Of a DNA stretch of 64,000 nucleotides, positions 38,447 through 51,578 are shown one piece after another (positions within the stretch are counted from its first letter, which is position 1; each line of letters opens with the position of its first letter). The translations under genes and the position numbers were made by a program. The DNA comes from Pseudogymnoascus verrucosus (Eukaryota), in NCBI GenBank assembly GCA_001662655.1, contig KV460227.1. One strand, written 5' to 3'. The notes beneath the pieces were generated by a model. The model saw only the letters and a program-made list of their open reading frames with translations, made no database searches and had not been told where the DNA came from.

Positions 38447-39486
38447 GATTTCAAGGGCTGTATTAAAGTGATTAAAGCGAAAAAAGCTGTTGATTGATGC
38501 CCTTCATATTTAGATATGGCTATCTATACTATTTATATAGCCTGTGGACTGGACTTGACTCTGGTTGAAGCGACATGTTCATCATATGCGGGTCTTCATT
38601 CACGGAGCCTCGGTGATGTCTATTCCCCAGATGATTTACAATCATTGGCGTTTGAGCAACATCTGAGAACGAGCATACTCGACCTGTGCAATAGGTACCA
38701 GTAACACTAGCAATTTCGGCGCTGGTGACTATGAAAATTGGAGCTCTGATAGGGTGCAAAAGTTATTAGCCTCGTGAAAACTAGCCAATCGTGAAATTTG
38801 CCATTTATATCCAAATCAATTTACCGGGGTTGGCCATAATGTCATATAAAATTAAGACAAGATTGAAAGTTGAGGCTTTTCGTAAAATACGCGTGGCGTA
38901 ATGTCGGAGTTTGGGAAACTTCCGCGACCAGAAAATAGCTGTCCCAAATGAGCGGCATCGTTGGTTTCTGACAAACATCGCCACGGCTGCATCAACTTAC
39001 AGGGATTCTTCACAGTGGCGTAGGAACGATATCAGCGTGACAGCGGGTTGAGCAATTTGAAAGCAGAGGATGAGATGGCCTTGTTGACAAATCCCACTCA
39101 AGATCCCATTTCTATCTTCTCCAAAGCTGGCGACATGAGTCAAACAGCGCCACCACCATATGAATCTCGCCAAATAGTACAAGCAACTAACATAATGTCG
39201 AAAGTAGAAAGTCAAATGTTTCCATTCCAGCAACTCTGGCTCGATACTGATCCCTTGATATCTGCACTCTACCTCGTCCGTTGCGCCGCCTATGGCTGGA
39301 TTCAATGGCGGACAGCGTTCGCAGGCATGACACGATCGCAGAAATATCATAGTAACGACAGGACGGTGAAGTGCGGCGCTACATCACCGATAATGTGACC
39401 ACAACCACGGCGCGCACTTCACCCAAGTACGATCCAACGTCAACCCATGATTCTCAACCCATGATTCTCTGTCGAACCCATCCCGC

Positions 39487-40382
39487 TCATTGTGCGCCTC
39501 CATTCATCTCTTGATCCTCATCATCCGGGTCCAACCCCTCGGCATGTCCTAAATGGCTAGCTACCTCTCTCATCTCATAATGCCTCTTTCGCATCGCTTC
39601 AAAACGGCGGTGCTTCTCCTTCTCCTCCTCACTCACCCCCACATTGTCCACGTGAGCTGGATCTCTCACATGTACAGCCTTGCCGCTCGCGCTGCCCGTG
39701 CTGCCGCTCCGCTCCATGCGCTCACCTTCCGGAAGTGCCTCCTCAGGCTCGCCTAGCTCGAGTCCTGGGATCTCATCTTCACGGGCAACACGGTGGATTT
39801 TGGTTGGGTGCTGCGCCTTATCTAGCTCATCCACAACGATGTCCTCTGCATCTAGCGCACGCATCTCGTCCGCATCTTCATCGGGGTCGTAGCGGCGCGC
39901 ATATGGTGTCTTCGGCTCGTCAATCTTCATGGTTGAGCTCTTCTCCTGCTCGGTAAGGTATAAGTTTGCCTCGTCCCATTTGAGGCGCATTGATGTATCG
40001 TCTACCGGAGTGCCGGATGCGCTGTTGGAGGAGAGGGATGATCGGCGGCGAGCACCACCGGGACGGGATGCCGAGGACGAAGCGCGGCGGTGTCCGGCAT
40101 TGAGGGCTGTGTTGTGTAGAGTTATGTCTTTATCGGAGTGGGTGGTATCAACTGAACGGCGGTCGATGCGAGCTTCTACTGGGGGTGCTGCAGGTGGTGG
40201 AGAGACTGCCGCGGGCGCATGGGACGATGGAGAGCCGCTGTAGGAGTTCTTGAGGATCCCTGAAAAACATTAATGAGATGAACATGGTAAGAGTGGGAGG
40301 GCAGAAAGTATATACCTTTTGGCCGTATAGTGGAAGGTCCCGGAGGAGTGTGGACCACGGGTGTCTGGCTGTCGTCTTCCAT
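39487..40382 (-). CDS. GLC8: Protein phosphatase 1 inhibitor-2 family regulator
   Basis: RPK|GILKN (SILK-like), [29 protein letters not shown]; one intron. Confidence 0.92.
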
Positions 40383-41406
40383 TATGGCGTGTGTTTTGAC
40401 TCAGTTATGGGCGAAAGATATTGTCCGAAGTAGCTTGCGAAGCTGGCTGGAGATGTCCCAGATATACAATCGATATTGTTTATTGTTGCACAATGAAGTA
40501 GGAGAGATAGAAATGGTTCGGCTTTCCGTGGAAGCTCTGACCTTGTTAGTGGTGCGGGGCGTTGTCTCGAATTTCGTGACAGTGGGGGTAAAAGACAAGT
40601 CGCAAGACAAAATAGAATCTAGATGATTCTTCTATATGCACTTGATGTGTTGGTGGCAGAGTATTTTGTTCTGTCGCGTGGATCTCTGTGGATAATGTCT
40701 CTCTTTCGTTGTGAAACTGGGAGGTCTTGCGATGGTCTTGCGAGATCTTGACTGGTGCATCTCCAGCCAAGTGAAATGGTGATGCGGGGAGTGAGGTCTG
40801 CTTAGTCATCGGACGTCATTGGCCGCTGACAGGGGAAAACGCCACTAGTTCCTTCCTGATAAGTCAGGCCAAGCTGTGCCACGTGGCATACCTCCAGGGG
40901 GTCACCACTCGCCCAAAACGGAAATGAAGATGATCGACTCACGTGCGAATTCAAACTCATGAGCGTCGAGACCTGGGATTCCGAACCTCATATCTTGTTT
41001 TGTGTGTAGGAGACGCTGGGGACGTTGCAGCAGTCAGGTTTGCAGATAGATCTACTTTGCTATCCACAATGATGACAGCTCCAATTTATGTCGGCCCTCA
41101 GAAAATACATGGACCGCTCAACAATGAGATTGAACAAATTACTGGCTATACTTGATTTCATCGCTGCTATGCTCCCTACTGGTTTTATACCCGTCCTGAT
41201 TATCTGCTTACTATCGAAAGTTCATACTCTATAAACCGACAGTTGCTTACTAGAACGAGCGACCCCTTGAGCGCTATTTCTCATATTGTACAATGTTGCA
41301 GATCAACGAAGCTGTGTGAAATCCACAGACGAAAGAGCGAGCAGTCCGGCCATATATTTGCTCCACAAGAGACCTCAAGGAAACCACTTAACCCATACAG
41401 CGAAGG

Positions 41407-43125
41407 TTAAACCACAACACCTCGCTCAATTCTGACAGAAGTGATGTGGATGATGGCATCCTCATAGCTTCGATTGCCAACAATGCAGGATCCAAGACCA
41501 GTGACCCGCCACATCCCGCCTTTACCAATGGCAAAGTCAGCTCCATCAACGTGAACCTGGAGTTTGCCAGATACCACGTAGCAAACGCGGACGAATGTTT
41601 CAAGAGGGAACCCAAAGCTGCGGCCGCCAGGGATAGTATGGATGGCGAAGCTCGTATTGGCAAATTCGGTGACGGTGGGGTTGTTGCGGATATGGTGGGC
41701 CGAATAAGCAACTTCTGTGCGATGTTAATACAAAAACTTTGTTAACCGATAGCAGCCCACGGATAGACTTACCATGGCCTCCAGAGTTGAAATTATCTCT
41801 CGCAGTTCTGACAGTGCCAGGGCTGACTTCCCAATCTTCCATCGCCGAACCGTATGGAACTTCAGCCGTGGTAATGTTACCAACGGCAGGTTTGATTGGC
41901 TTGGGTGATCGAGGGTTCATCGGGGCCCAAACAACAACAGGAGAGGCACTGCTGTCGCGCTCAATCTCAGCGCTGTGGGCTGCGACCTGAGAGTTGACTG
42001 AGAAGATAGACTTGACTGGGGCAGATAGCTCAGTCGCGGCGTTTGGTGCTGGTTTCTTAAGCTTTCTCGCTGTCGTTTCTTTCCCCTTGTTCATTTTGGC
42101 AACTTGGTCTCTCATACCCTCGTTGTTGTTGCCTCCCCGATTCGTATACTTCTGTATTTCCTGACGGGCTGATTCCAAGTTTCTATCCATTGCTGCCGTT
42201 AATTTTGACCGGGTAATGACTGAATAGGTTTTGTCCCCGTTGTCGCGCAAGATCTGGTCACTGTGGCTTTTCTACTACAGTAAGCATACGTGATTAAGAA
42301 GGCGGATTTGCCGTCACTTACCGGCATATGCCCAGCAAGGGAGTCCTTGCGGGTATACGACTTTCCGCAGCCTTCAATGGGGCATGAGAACCGGCCATCT
42401 TTGCAATCGCATGCTCTGACTATGTCACGGAGAGATATCGTGGAACGTTCGTGCTCAACCTTCACAATAGCAGGTTGTGGGCCATCAGGCGGAGAAGGAG
42501 AGCCATCAGACTCATTGTCCAGTACCATGTCATCCACTGCCGCACTCAGAGTTGACCTTCGGGAGCAGGACTTCAGGATGGTGTCCAGACGAGCCTTCTG
42601 CGTAGAAGGAGATTTGAGGGCAGTATTCACAGACGAAGCGTGTGGAACGAGAGCCTTTGGGGGACTCATGAACGGACTAACCCCCGGATAGGAGGAGACG
42701 TTATTGCGATTTCCTGCCTGGGCTGGTGCATCATTGGCATCGTTCTGGGTAGCATCTGTGGCGCGATCTTGAGCAATCCTGTAGGAGGTCTTGCGCTTGG
42801 CAGGGAGGTTCTCAACCCCTGGCACTTCGTAGAGTCTGCTTTGATCTCGGTGCCTGTTTTTCTTTCTCTTCTTCGATGGGCTCAACGTCAGAGGCTCTTT
42901 CTCTGCCACGATACTCATACTATCGTCATGGCCAAGGTTAAAATCCCTGGAGTTCATGTTATCGAGGCTCCTTCCGTGATGACGATCTTCAGAGCTCTTG
43001 CTCTGTCGAAGACGCTTGCGTTTCTTTTTCTCAGCGGAAGGATTAGAGTTTCCATGAGTCTCAGCTTCTCGCTGAATTTGGTCTTCAATGAGGTCGGAGT
43101 CGCCGGTAATGCTTGGGCGGGCCAT
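41407..43125 (-). CDS. Nuclear protein with one C2H2 zinc finger and a C-terminal cupin-like domain
   Basis: KKKRKR NLS; CPIEGCGKSYTRKDSLAGHMP|KSH across intron 1; last exon (absent from ORF track) RVCYVVSGKLQVHVDGADFAIGKGGMWRV...CIVGNRSYEDAIIHI. Confidence 0.75.
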
Positions 43126-43812
43126 GGTCGTTGAAGTAGGGCTGTGACTGAGGTAGAGGTCAGGACGAACAGATAACCTTAAAAGAACATTGTAGACAGA
43201 AGCTGTCAGGTAGAAGAAGTGACTTGCGTTTGATGACAATGGGAACTATGTAGAGTTATAATGAAATGGATGATGACAGGTCAGAAATTGGAAATGCTCC
43301 TACCTGTGGAAAGCAAGGTTGTTGTTGGATAGTTGTGATGATGAAATGTTTGTGAGGTTGTTTTCACCCACAAATATTAGCAAACGCGTTGTTTACGACC
43401 ACAACTAGCCCTTTGTAAGTTGGGAGTAAAGTTTATCCTTTATCATTTAGCTATCAGTCTGATTAGAAGCATGCGCAAGTGAGTAAATTCACGTAAGTAA
43501 AGGATATGCAAAGGAAAACACAAACAGAATCACTGTTAGTTAAACTCCAATGCAGAAGTTGTAACCCGAGACTGAATTTTATATCCCAACGGCTTGCTTC
43601 TAGTCAACATTGCAAAAATGCGCAATGCATCCACAGACTTCTAGGCAGCACGAGTATCGTCTCTATGACAATGAAGTGAAGTACAAAGTTTAGAAAGGAC
43701 ACACAGGAAGGAATATATATATTCTTCATTCCCAAGCCTTGAATAAAGGCAACATAACACAAATACAGCTCAGTTTCCCTTTCACACCAGCATCCTATAA
43801 CAAACCAAGCCA

Positions 43813-44286
43813 TTAGCTCTCCCAGTATGGCCTATTCGGCCCAGCTTTGGTTCCACTACCACCCTCCTCTCCCACTGGTATCTCTCCCATCGCCCCCCCC
43901 TTCCCATCACCCACCACCCAACAACTCCACGTCCTCTTCACAACCCCCGTCAACCTCTCCCTCCTCCCCACCGGGCACGCATCCACCACCACCGACTCCG
44001 GGCTAATAGCGCAATCCGCGAAGACGCGGCCGTCTCTCATCAGCGTCGCCTTGGTGGTCCAGTACGATTTCAGCACTATGCCGTCGATGCCGCCGATGCT
44101 GAAGGGGGTGTCTTGTTTGATTTGTTGGGCGGATTCGCAGGGGAGCTCGCCGGGGAGGAAGGCGAGGAGGTTGAGGGTTGGGGGGTGGAAGATGTCGGCT
44201 AGGTAGATGGGGGTGTTTGTTGGGATGGCTGCGACGGAAGGGAGGAGGATGGAGAGGGTGGCGATGAAGGGGATGGTTGATCGCAT
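43813..44286 (-). CDS. Small secreted Cys-containing protein
   Basis: Signal peptide MRSTIPFIATLSILLPSVAA; 4 Cys in the mature region; intronless. Confidence 0.7.
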   Translation of the reverse strand: MRSTIPFIATLSILLPSVAAIPTNTPIYLADIFHPPTLNLLAFLPGELPCESAQQIKQDTPFSIGGIDGIVLKSYWTTKATLMRDGRVFADCAISPESVVVDACPVGRRERLTGVVKRTWSCWVVGDGKGGAMGEIPVGEEGGSGTKAGPNRPYWES

Positions 44287-44862
44287 GGCTGCAGTGGTAG
44301 GAATTGTTTCTGAGGTGATATGTCCGTCGTGGAGCTCAATACCAACGCCGTGGTGCACAAGAAGCTGCCATCGGTGACAATGCGGGAACAAACAGCATAA
44401 TATAAGTCAAGGGCCGCTCTGGCCACGTAGATAGATAGCTACTCAACATAGCCCAATTAGTTTTTCGGGACATATAGGTCCCAATTCCGAAAGAGATCAA
44501 AGTGGCCTTTGGCCAAGTCGGAGATGTTGCACTTTAGCCGTGCTTCATATAAATTGCGGGGTACAATCTGTCAAGATGCTAATCCCCAGCGTTGTGACGA
44601 GCGATCAACAACGCTAGGATTTAAGGTTGAAAGCCTCCGAAATGGCAAGTAGAGCAACACCAAATGAATATTGAGGTTCACGTTTCCATCATACTCCTGA
44701 CTGCACGTGTGTCTATTTGAAAATGCACAGGACAGCTGCTGGTAACTATTGATTGTATATGGTACTCTAACATATCTAAATCTAGAACCGCATACCCGTA
44801 CCTCAACAGGCTCCATCTGATGTATAAATAAATCTTCAGCCAAATAACTCCTATGATGCACC

Positions 44863-46509
44863 CTAAAAGTCAAACTCGCTGTTCACTGTCTCAAAGTGCT
44901 TGAAGAAGCCGTGGAACAGCTGAACTCCGAGTCCAGGATCCTTCGATCCAGTCGTTGCGCGAATGCTGTGCATGCTCAGCTGCGGTATTCCCGCATCGAT
45001 GGCCCTCACACCCATAGCGGATGAAAGCATAGGGCCAACAGTGCCACCTGAGCGGCTATCGTTGCGGATCTGGAAGACCTGTAGCTTGGCGTCTGACAAC
45101 TCGGCGACTCGCTGGAGGAAAGCAGTGCTGACCGCATCGGTCGTGACATGTCCGTTGCTGTCTCCAGACACAACCACACCAACGTTCAGGCGTGGCGCGT
45201 GCTGGTCGAGGTAATCCCCGAGGAAGTTGGGGTTGACGGCGTGAGTCACGTCCGCACTTACCATGAACGAGTTGGCGTAAGTACGGTTCAGGGCATCCCT
45301 ATCATTGCCCAATGGGGCAAAAACTTCGCTTACCCTCTCAATTGTGCTAGGTAGGAAGTTTCCCTTCGCACCCTGGCGAAGCAGACTGCCGATCTCCTCA
45401 TCGTCGAATAGAGCGACGAGATTGATAGCAGACTTCGCCTCCGGTGCGGCGAGTAAACCCTCAATAGCAGACCATGAGCAAAGCTTATCGTCGATACGGC
45501 CACCAAAGATGAAGTCCTTGTTTAAGCCGCCGAGTTGAGCTGGTTGGGTGTCGAAGAGCTCAAGCTCCCAGTTTACAATGTTCTTCGGGTCAACCGATGC
45601 CGCGGCGGCGATAGCAGACACCAATGCCGGAGGCTGTGTTGGCGCAAAGGTGTAATTTCCCCCGTTTGAGGAGCCAGATGCAGTCGCTTCCTTGGTGCCG
45701 AATAAATCACTGTTGTTAACACCAATGATCGGGACAGCTTGGGTTTCGCGGTTGTTGGTGCCAGTCATGCCGGAGCCGAAATGGGGTGCAAGAGTCGGGA
45801 TACGGGCAACTGGACGAGGTGTGTTAGCTGATGTAGGTATATACAACGATCCAATGGCAACTTACTTGGGTAGTCGAGCTTGGCTAGCTTGGGCGTCACC
45901 TTCCCAGTCTGCGGATCTTTGACGAGGATCTTGCCGCCCACACCTAGGTCACGGTCCCACCAGGTCGAGTTCAACGCACCCGCATACTGTGCGACACCCA
46001 ACTGCTCGTATCCAGCCTTTGTGTCCTTCTTCGAAACTGGCTTTAGCCTTGCAGTGAGAGCATCGATGTGGCTGGCAATAATGGCCACTCCATCGCCGCT
46101 CTTGTAGTCTGAACCGATAGCAAAAGCTATTATGCTGCTTCCGTTCCTCTCGAGGAAGTATTTGCCTCCCTTCCTAATCTCGGATGACCATGACGAGCGT
46201 TCCGAGAGCTGTTCAGCATTAGCATTGCGGGGCCCATTCGGAGAGAAGATGCCGTACTTTGGAATACCCCGCATCGGTCAGCTTCTTTGTGAAGTAGTCC
46301 ACAGTGTGGAATACGGTTGGGTTCTCGGTCAAGAAAGAGGTAAATGGTTCGGCGTATGACTCTGGGCTTCCTGGGCCTTGGGCTCGTGGGCGAGTCGGTA
46401 GAGCAGCTTGTGTCGCCATTGGAGCTGGAGCTGGAGCTGTAGCTGGGGCGGCAGCGTAGACAAGTTTTCTGGTCATGATATCTTCAGCGTCGTTGAATCT
46501 GGGAAACAT
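44863..46509 (-). CDS. Vacuolar aspartyl aminopeptidase (M18, Ape1/Lap4-like)
   Basis: NPTVFH, ASHIDAL, WWDRDL, RIDDKLCS, FDDEEIGS, SADVTHA, RSGGTVGP, LSMHSIR; two introns. Confidence 0.94.
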
Positions 46510-46966
46510 AAGAGGATATAATGAGGATTGATGAGAGGAGGGAGTCAGAGAGAGAGTTGGTGAGGGACAGTGAGACAGTGAGGAGCAAGAAGACAGCTGA
46601 AGTGAGATGATGTGACTGACCGCGAGATGGCGGGTTCGCTTGTGTGGCCCGGGTGGGTGTGTGACCTTGTCAGGCAGGTGCTGCGGCAGGTAAGGTACCC
46701 GTTGTGCCTGTTGTGGCTTATCTTATCGTGGTTGGTGGATGGTGGCTGGTGGCTGGGGCCGCCCGAGCCATTGAGAGATCGTTGAGCCCTGACTCTGACT
46801 ATCAATTATCGGCAGTTGAGGTGAGAATGGGAACTTTGAACAATACAATACTACTAGAACGCAAGATACAGTGCACAATGAAGAAGAAATATGTTAGATA
46901 TATAAATCATAATATGCTTACGTTAATCCACAACCAGCCCTACAGACCACCAACTGCTGTCTAAAC

Positions 46967-49529
46967 CTACTTCTTCCCCCCATGCTCCTCCCACAGCTTC
47001 TTTTGTCTATCCCAGTCCTTCTTCAGCTTCTTCCCCGTGCTCTTCGGCACATCCTCGCCCTCCTTCGTCTTCGTCGGCAGTCCATCAGCATCCCAGGCGC
47101 TGAACCTCTCGTCTCCCTTGAACATCTCGTACGGGCTAACGCTAGCCTTCTTCTTTTTCTCCTCCTCAGCTTTCTCCCTCAACATCTTCGCCGCCTCCTT
47201 CTGTGCCGCCTTCTCTCTCTCCTTTGCTGCCTTCTCCTCGCGTTGGGCGAGCAGCTCTTCTTTCGGCACGAACTTGATCAGCGATGGCTGCCCATCGGGC
47301 CTGTCATCGAGGTACACGCCCAGATTCGTGAGATCGGTGTCGCGGATCTCGTCGCAGAGTTTGAGAATGTCCTTCTTGGCCGCAGCTGTGGGAGCGACGC
47401 GGCGTAGTTCGTCGCGAATGCGGGATACGGCGCGGAGGTAGGGGAGGGAGAGGGTTTGGATGTCGTTTGCGCCAGTGGAGACGACGGATGTGAACTCCGC
47501 GTTGGTGTCGTTGGCGAGTAGGGTGTCCAAAGAGGCCGACTCGATCTTGAGGTCTTTAATCGCCGATACGACACAATTATAGACGGAAGAGTAGGGGACA
47601 ATGGCTTCGGTAGGGTTGGTAATCTTGTCCGACGCAGAGGTGGCCCATCCTAGGCCATCGTAGGGTGGAGATGCATTGGCATCCAGTCCAAAGATTCCGA
47701 CCATCTTAGTCACCCATCGAGCGACCTTTTCGACTTCGCGAACATCAACGGAGGCTTTGTGGGTGTTGACGTATATGTTCGCCTCCTTCACAACCTCGTA
47801 TATCAAGCGCATTGCCTTTGGCGTGTCGAAGGAGTCTGCGAGGGCTGCCTGCATCTCTGATTGTGCCTTTTCCAGAGCAGAATCCAATGTAGCGCTATCT
47901 CCCAAGGAAAGGTTTTCCAGCGGCTCTTTGCCGCTTGCCTCAGCAATCAGCGACTTGGTGGTGGTGAAGAAGTTGTTAACCGAAGTCTCCCATCCGTCAC
48001 CTTGGGTCCTCATATCCGGCGAGATTTCAACGCCGTCGTTCCATCTGCCCATGAGGAACAAAATACGCATGGCTCTCGGAGTATATCCAGTCTTCAACGC
48101 ATCCTGAATAGTCTGGAAGTTCTTCAAAGACTTCGACATCTTCGAGCCAGCAATGGACAGATGGCCCATGTGCAGGAAATAGTTGACCCAAGTATGCGGC
48201 TGACCGTGCTCGCAGTAATACGCCTCGCTCTGCGCCAACTCGTTATCGTGATGCGGGAAGGCAAGATCGATACCACCGGCGTGCATGTCCATCTGCGAGC
48301 CAAGAACATCAGAGGCCATGACGGAGCACTCAATGTGCCATCCAGGACGACCCTCACCCCACGGGCTGGGCCAGCTGGGCTCTCCAGGCTTTGAGCGCTT
48401 CCACAACGCAAAGTCGCCCGCGCCACGCTTGCCACCAAGGCTCTTCGACAGCGATCCCTCGCCATCCGCAATTAATGCCTGGTCATTCTTGCTATCTGGT
48501 CTCAGGCGGGCGTAAGAGTTGCCAGCCTTCTCGAATGCCGCGATATCGAAGTACACTGACCCTTCAGACTCGTATGCGAATCCCTTCTCAATAACCTTCT
48601 GGACGAAATCAGCGATCTGCGGTACGTATTCCGTAACCCTCGTAATGACGTCTGGTTCCAAAACATTCAGCGCCTCCATGTCGCCCATGAAATCCTTCTC
48701 CCAGTACTGTGTAACATCGGTCCAAATAGAGTGTTCCTTCGAGTCAATGCTCTCCTTGTAAATCGAATCTAGATATGGCAATAAGATCTCGTCTGCGCCG
48801 CCAAAAACCTCTCCCTTTTGTAGAGCCTCCGCTGAAACTGTGAGTGCGCTCAAGTGCATCTTCATCTTCGCCTCGTCGTCTCCTGGCTTCCCCTCTCCGG
48901 TGAGAGTTCCCCCAGCAAGAACCTTCGCATATACATCATCGCGTCGCTGGGCATAGTTCTCGGGGGTGAGCTCCTGGCCATTCGATAATAACGCTGGTAG
49001 GTTTCCCTTGGCATATGCCTGGAATGCCTCTTGTCCGAGCTTCGAGATTTCCGACTCTGAGAGAGACTTGGCCTTCTCACGCTCGAGAATTTTCGAACGG
49101 CGTGCTCTTAGAATGATCTGGGGGCATTCAGTTAGTCCTCCACGCGCCAACACAACCACAGAAACGGGGGCATATCAAACCCACCTTATCATCGACATCG
49201 GTAATGTTCATAACAAAGTTGATCTTGAACCCAAAGTAGTCTCTCAGAATGCGCCGAATGATATCGGTCGCGACATAGTTCCTCGCATGCCCCAAGTGCG
49301 AGTGATCGTAGACCGTCGGTCCGCAGACATACCAACTGATCTTCCCCTTCTCGATCGGCACGAAAGGCACTGGCGGCCCAGGCTGGAGCGAATTATGGAC
49401 CTTCAACTGATCCATGATGTGAAATGTGCTTGTGCTTGCGCTCCGAAAGCGGTATCTCGAAAAAATTGTAGGGCGCGGATTCAGGCTGACGCGGGCTCGA
49501 AAGGTTCGGAAATAGAGAGAGTGAAGCAT
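46967..49529 (-). CDS. CRS1: Cysteinyl-tRNA synthetase
   Basis: [14 protein letters not shown] (HIGH), [22 protein letters not shown]; one intron; starts at 49529 and 49415. Confidence 0.97.
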
Positions 49530-49811
49530 AAATATCCGCTCATGATACTCCCAACCAGCGTTGCATATATATAATATAATAAGCGCGTCGTCCTGTCTTG
49601 TCTATTGATTTGACTCACCCCTCCTCTCATGCACGAGGCCAGGGCTGGTGAAATGTCGCCAGTTGCACCACACATTGCGGTCCGTGCGTCTTTCAGCCTC
49701 GCGGGTCCAGCCTCGCGAGAAAAATAATGCGGGCAATCTCACCACCGAACGAATCCAAGAACGAAACCTCAATCCCCCACGCACAGCTCAGCAGTGCCAA
49801 TCCCACCCACG

Positions 49812-51377
49812 ATGCCTACGAAACTCTCCCCCTTCCTCCACCCCGGAGATGCCACCAAAACAGACGAACTCGCCATCGTCTACCTCCGCCGCGACCATCA
49901 AGTCCCCACCATCCTCCGCGAGCGTGACGACGACGACGAGGGCTACTCGGAAGGCAAAGTAATCAACACGCGCTTCGGCTCCTTCCCCCACAGCACACTC
50001 ACCTCGCTCCCCTGGGGCAGCCAAGTGCGCGCCTCGAAAGTCGATACTGGATCGCGCGGACGCCGGCCGGCAAAGCGCAAGCGCGAGGATGGCGGAGACG
50101 ACGATGAGCCGGCGCGCGCAGAGCCAACGCAGGCAGTTACTGCTGCGAGTGGATTTGTGCATCTTCTTCCCCCGACGCCGGAGAACTGGACGAGCGCATT
50201 GCCGCATAGGACGCAGGTCGTGTATACACCCGACTACGCATATATTCTGCATCGGATTCGCGCGCGGCCAGGGAGCAAGATCATAGAAGCTGGAGCGGGG
50301 AGCGGGTCGTTCACGCATGCCTCTGCGAGGGCTGTGTATAGCGGGTACCCATCCACTGATGCGCCGGAGAGAAACCTCGGAAGAGTATTCAGCTACGAGT
50401 TCCATGCGCAACGGCACGAGAAATTGGTGCTTGAGCTTGCGGACCATGGGTTAGAGGGCGTGGTGGAGATCGCGCACCGTGATGTGTGTGGGAAGGGCTT
50501 CTTGGTGGGTGAGAATGCGGATCAGTCGCCTGGCGCTGAGGCTATCTTCCTCGATCTTCCGGCGCCGTGGCTTGCGCTTCCGCATCTCTCGCGGCGCGAG
50601 CAGCCTCTATCTATACCCTTGCCAGCGGGCGAGACACCACAGCCGTTTGTGTCGCCACTGAACCCGAACGCCCCGGTGCATATCTGCACTTTCTCGCCGT
50701 GTATCGAGCAAGTGCAGCGCACCATATCCTGTATGCGACAACTGGGATGGGTACAGATCCAAATGGTGGAGGTCCAGCAACGGCGCGTAGAAATCCGCCG
50801 AGAGCGCGTCGGCATCGTCCACGGCCAAGCCGTCCACGGGATGCAGAACACAGCCGCCAGCGTAGACGAAGCGCTTGCACGACTCCGCGAGATCGAGGGT
50901 CGGTTCCGGAGTTTCCACGGCTCTGAGCCTGTGGATAAGAGCGCGAGTTCGGGGTCGTCAGGCAACGAGAACAGCAAGGGGAAGAAGGTGCAGCCTAATT
51001 CGCGGGAGGCGATCGTGGCGAGCTTGATAGAGCGGAAGGCGTTCAAGGAGGGGAATCTGATACATAAGACTGAGCAGGAAGTCAAGACGCATACGAGTTA
51101 CTTGGTGTTTGCGGTGTTGCCGGTGGAGTGGAGCGAGGAGGATGAGGAGAGGGCTGCTGTGCTGTGGCCGGCGAGGGCGGCGGAGGTAAAGGGGAAGGAG
51201 GAGGTGGGGAAGAATGGGAAGGTTAGTAATAGGCAGTTGAAGAGGGATGCGAAGGCGGCTGAGAAGGCGAGGCTGGCGAGTTTGGCGGCGGAGAATGGAG
51301 AGGGGGAGGGGAAGACGAATGGACATGCTGTGGTGGAGGGGGAGGCTGTTGCTGGTGGTGACAGTGTGGCCGAATAG
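49812..51377 (+). CDS. TRM61: tRNA m1A58 methyltransferase catalytic subunit
   Basis: LPHRTQVVYTPD, IEAGAGSGSF, SYEFH, FLDLPAPW, FSPCIEQV, KTHTSYL. Confidence 0.96.
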   Translation: MPTKLSPFLHPGDATKTDELAIVYLRRDHQVPTILRERDDDDEGYSEGKVINTRFGSFPHSTLTSLPWGSQVRASKVDTGSRGRRPAKRKREDGGDDDEPARAEPTQAVTAASGFVHLLPPTPENWTSALPHRTQVVYTPDYAYILHRIRARPGSKIIEAGAGSGSFTHASARAVYSGYPSTDAPERNLGRVFSYEFHAQRHEKLVLELADHGLEGVVEIAHRDVCGKGFLVGENADQSPGAEAIFLDLPAPWLALPHLSRREQPLSIPLPAGETPQPFVSPLNPNAPVHICTFSPCIEQVQRTISCMRQLGWVQIQMVEVQQRRVEIRRERVGIVHGQAVHGMQNTAASVDEALARLREIEGRFRSFHGSEPVDKSASSGSSGNENSKGKKVQPNSREAIVASLIERKAFKEGNLIHKTEQEVKTHTSYLVFAVLPVEWSEEDEERAAVLWPARAAEVKGKEEVGKNGKVSNRQLKRDAKAAEKARLASLAAENGEGEGKTNGHAVVEGEAVAGGDSVAE

Positions 51378-51578
51378 ATTTCGTAGCTTTGAAGGTGAAG
51401 CCACTGTATGTATCGAACACAAGGACGGCGTTGGACGCACCATGTCTAGCTCTAGGCATTGAATAGAGCACTGGAACACAATCACACACAAATTTCCAAA
51501 CTATCAATCATGTTCACAAAGGATGTCAATTTCATGACTACCTATCTCCTCGATCCAACCAGGCCCAGCCCAGCCAAT

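Noticed and set aside
38997..39398. Opposing ~116-aa ORFs
   Set aside because: No domain signal, one lacks an ATG start; not supportable.
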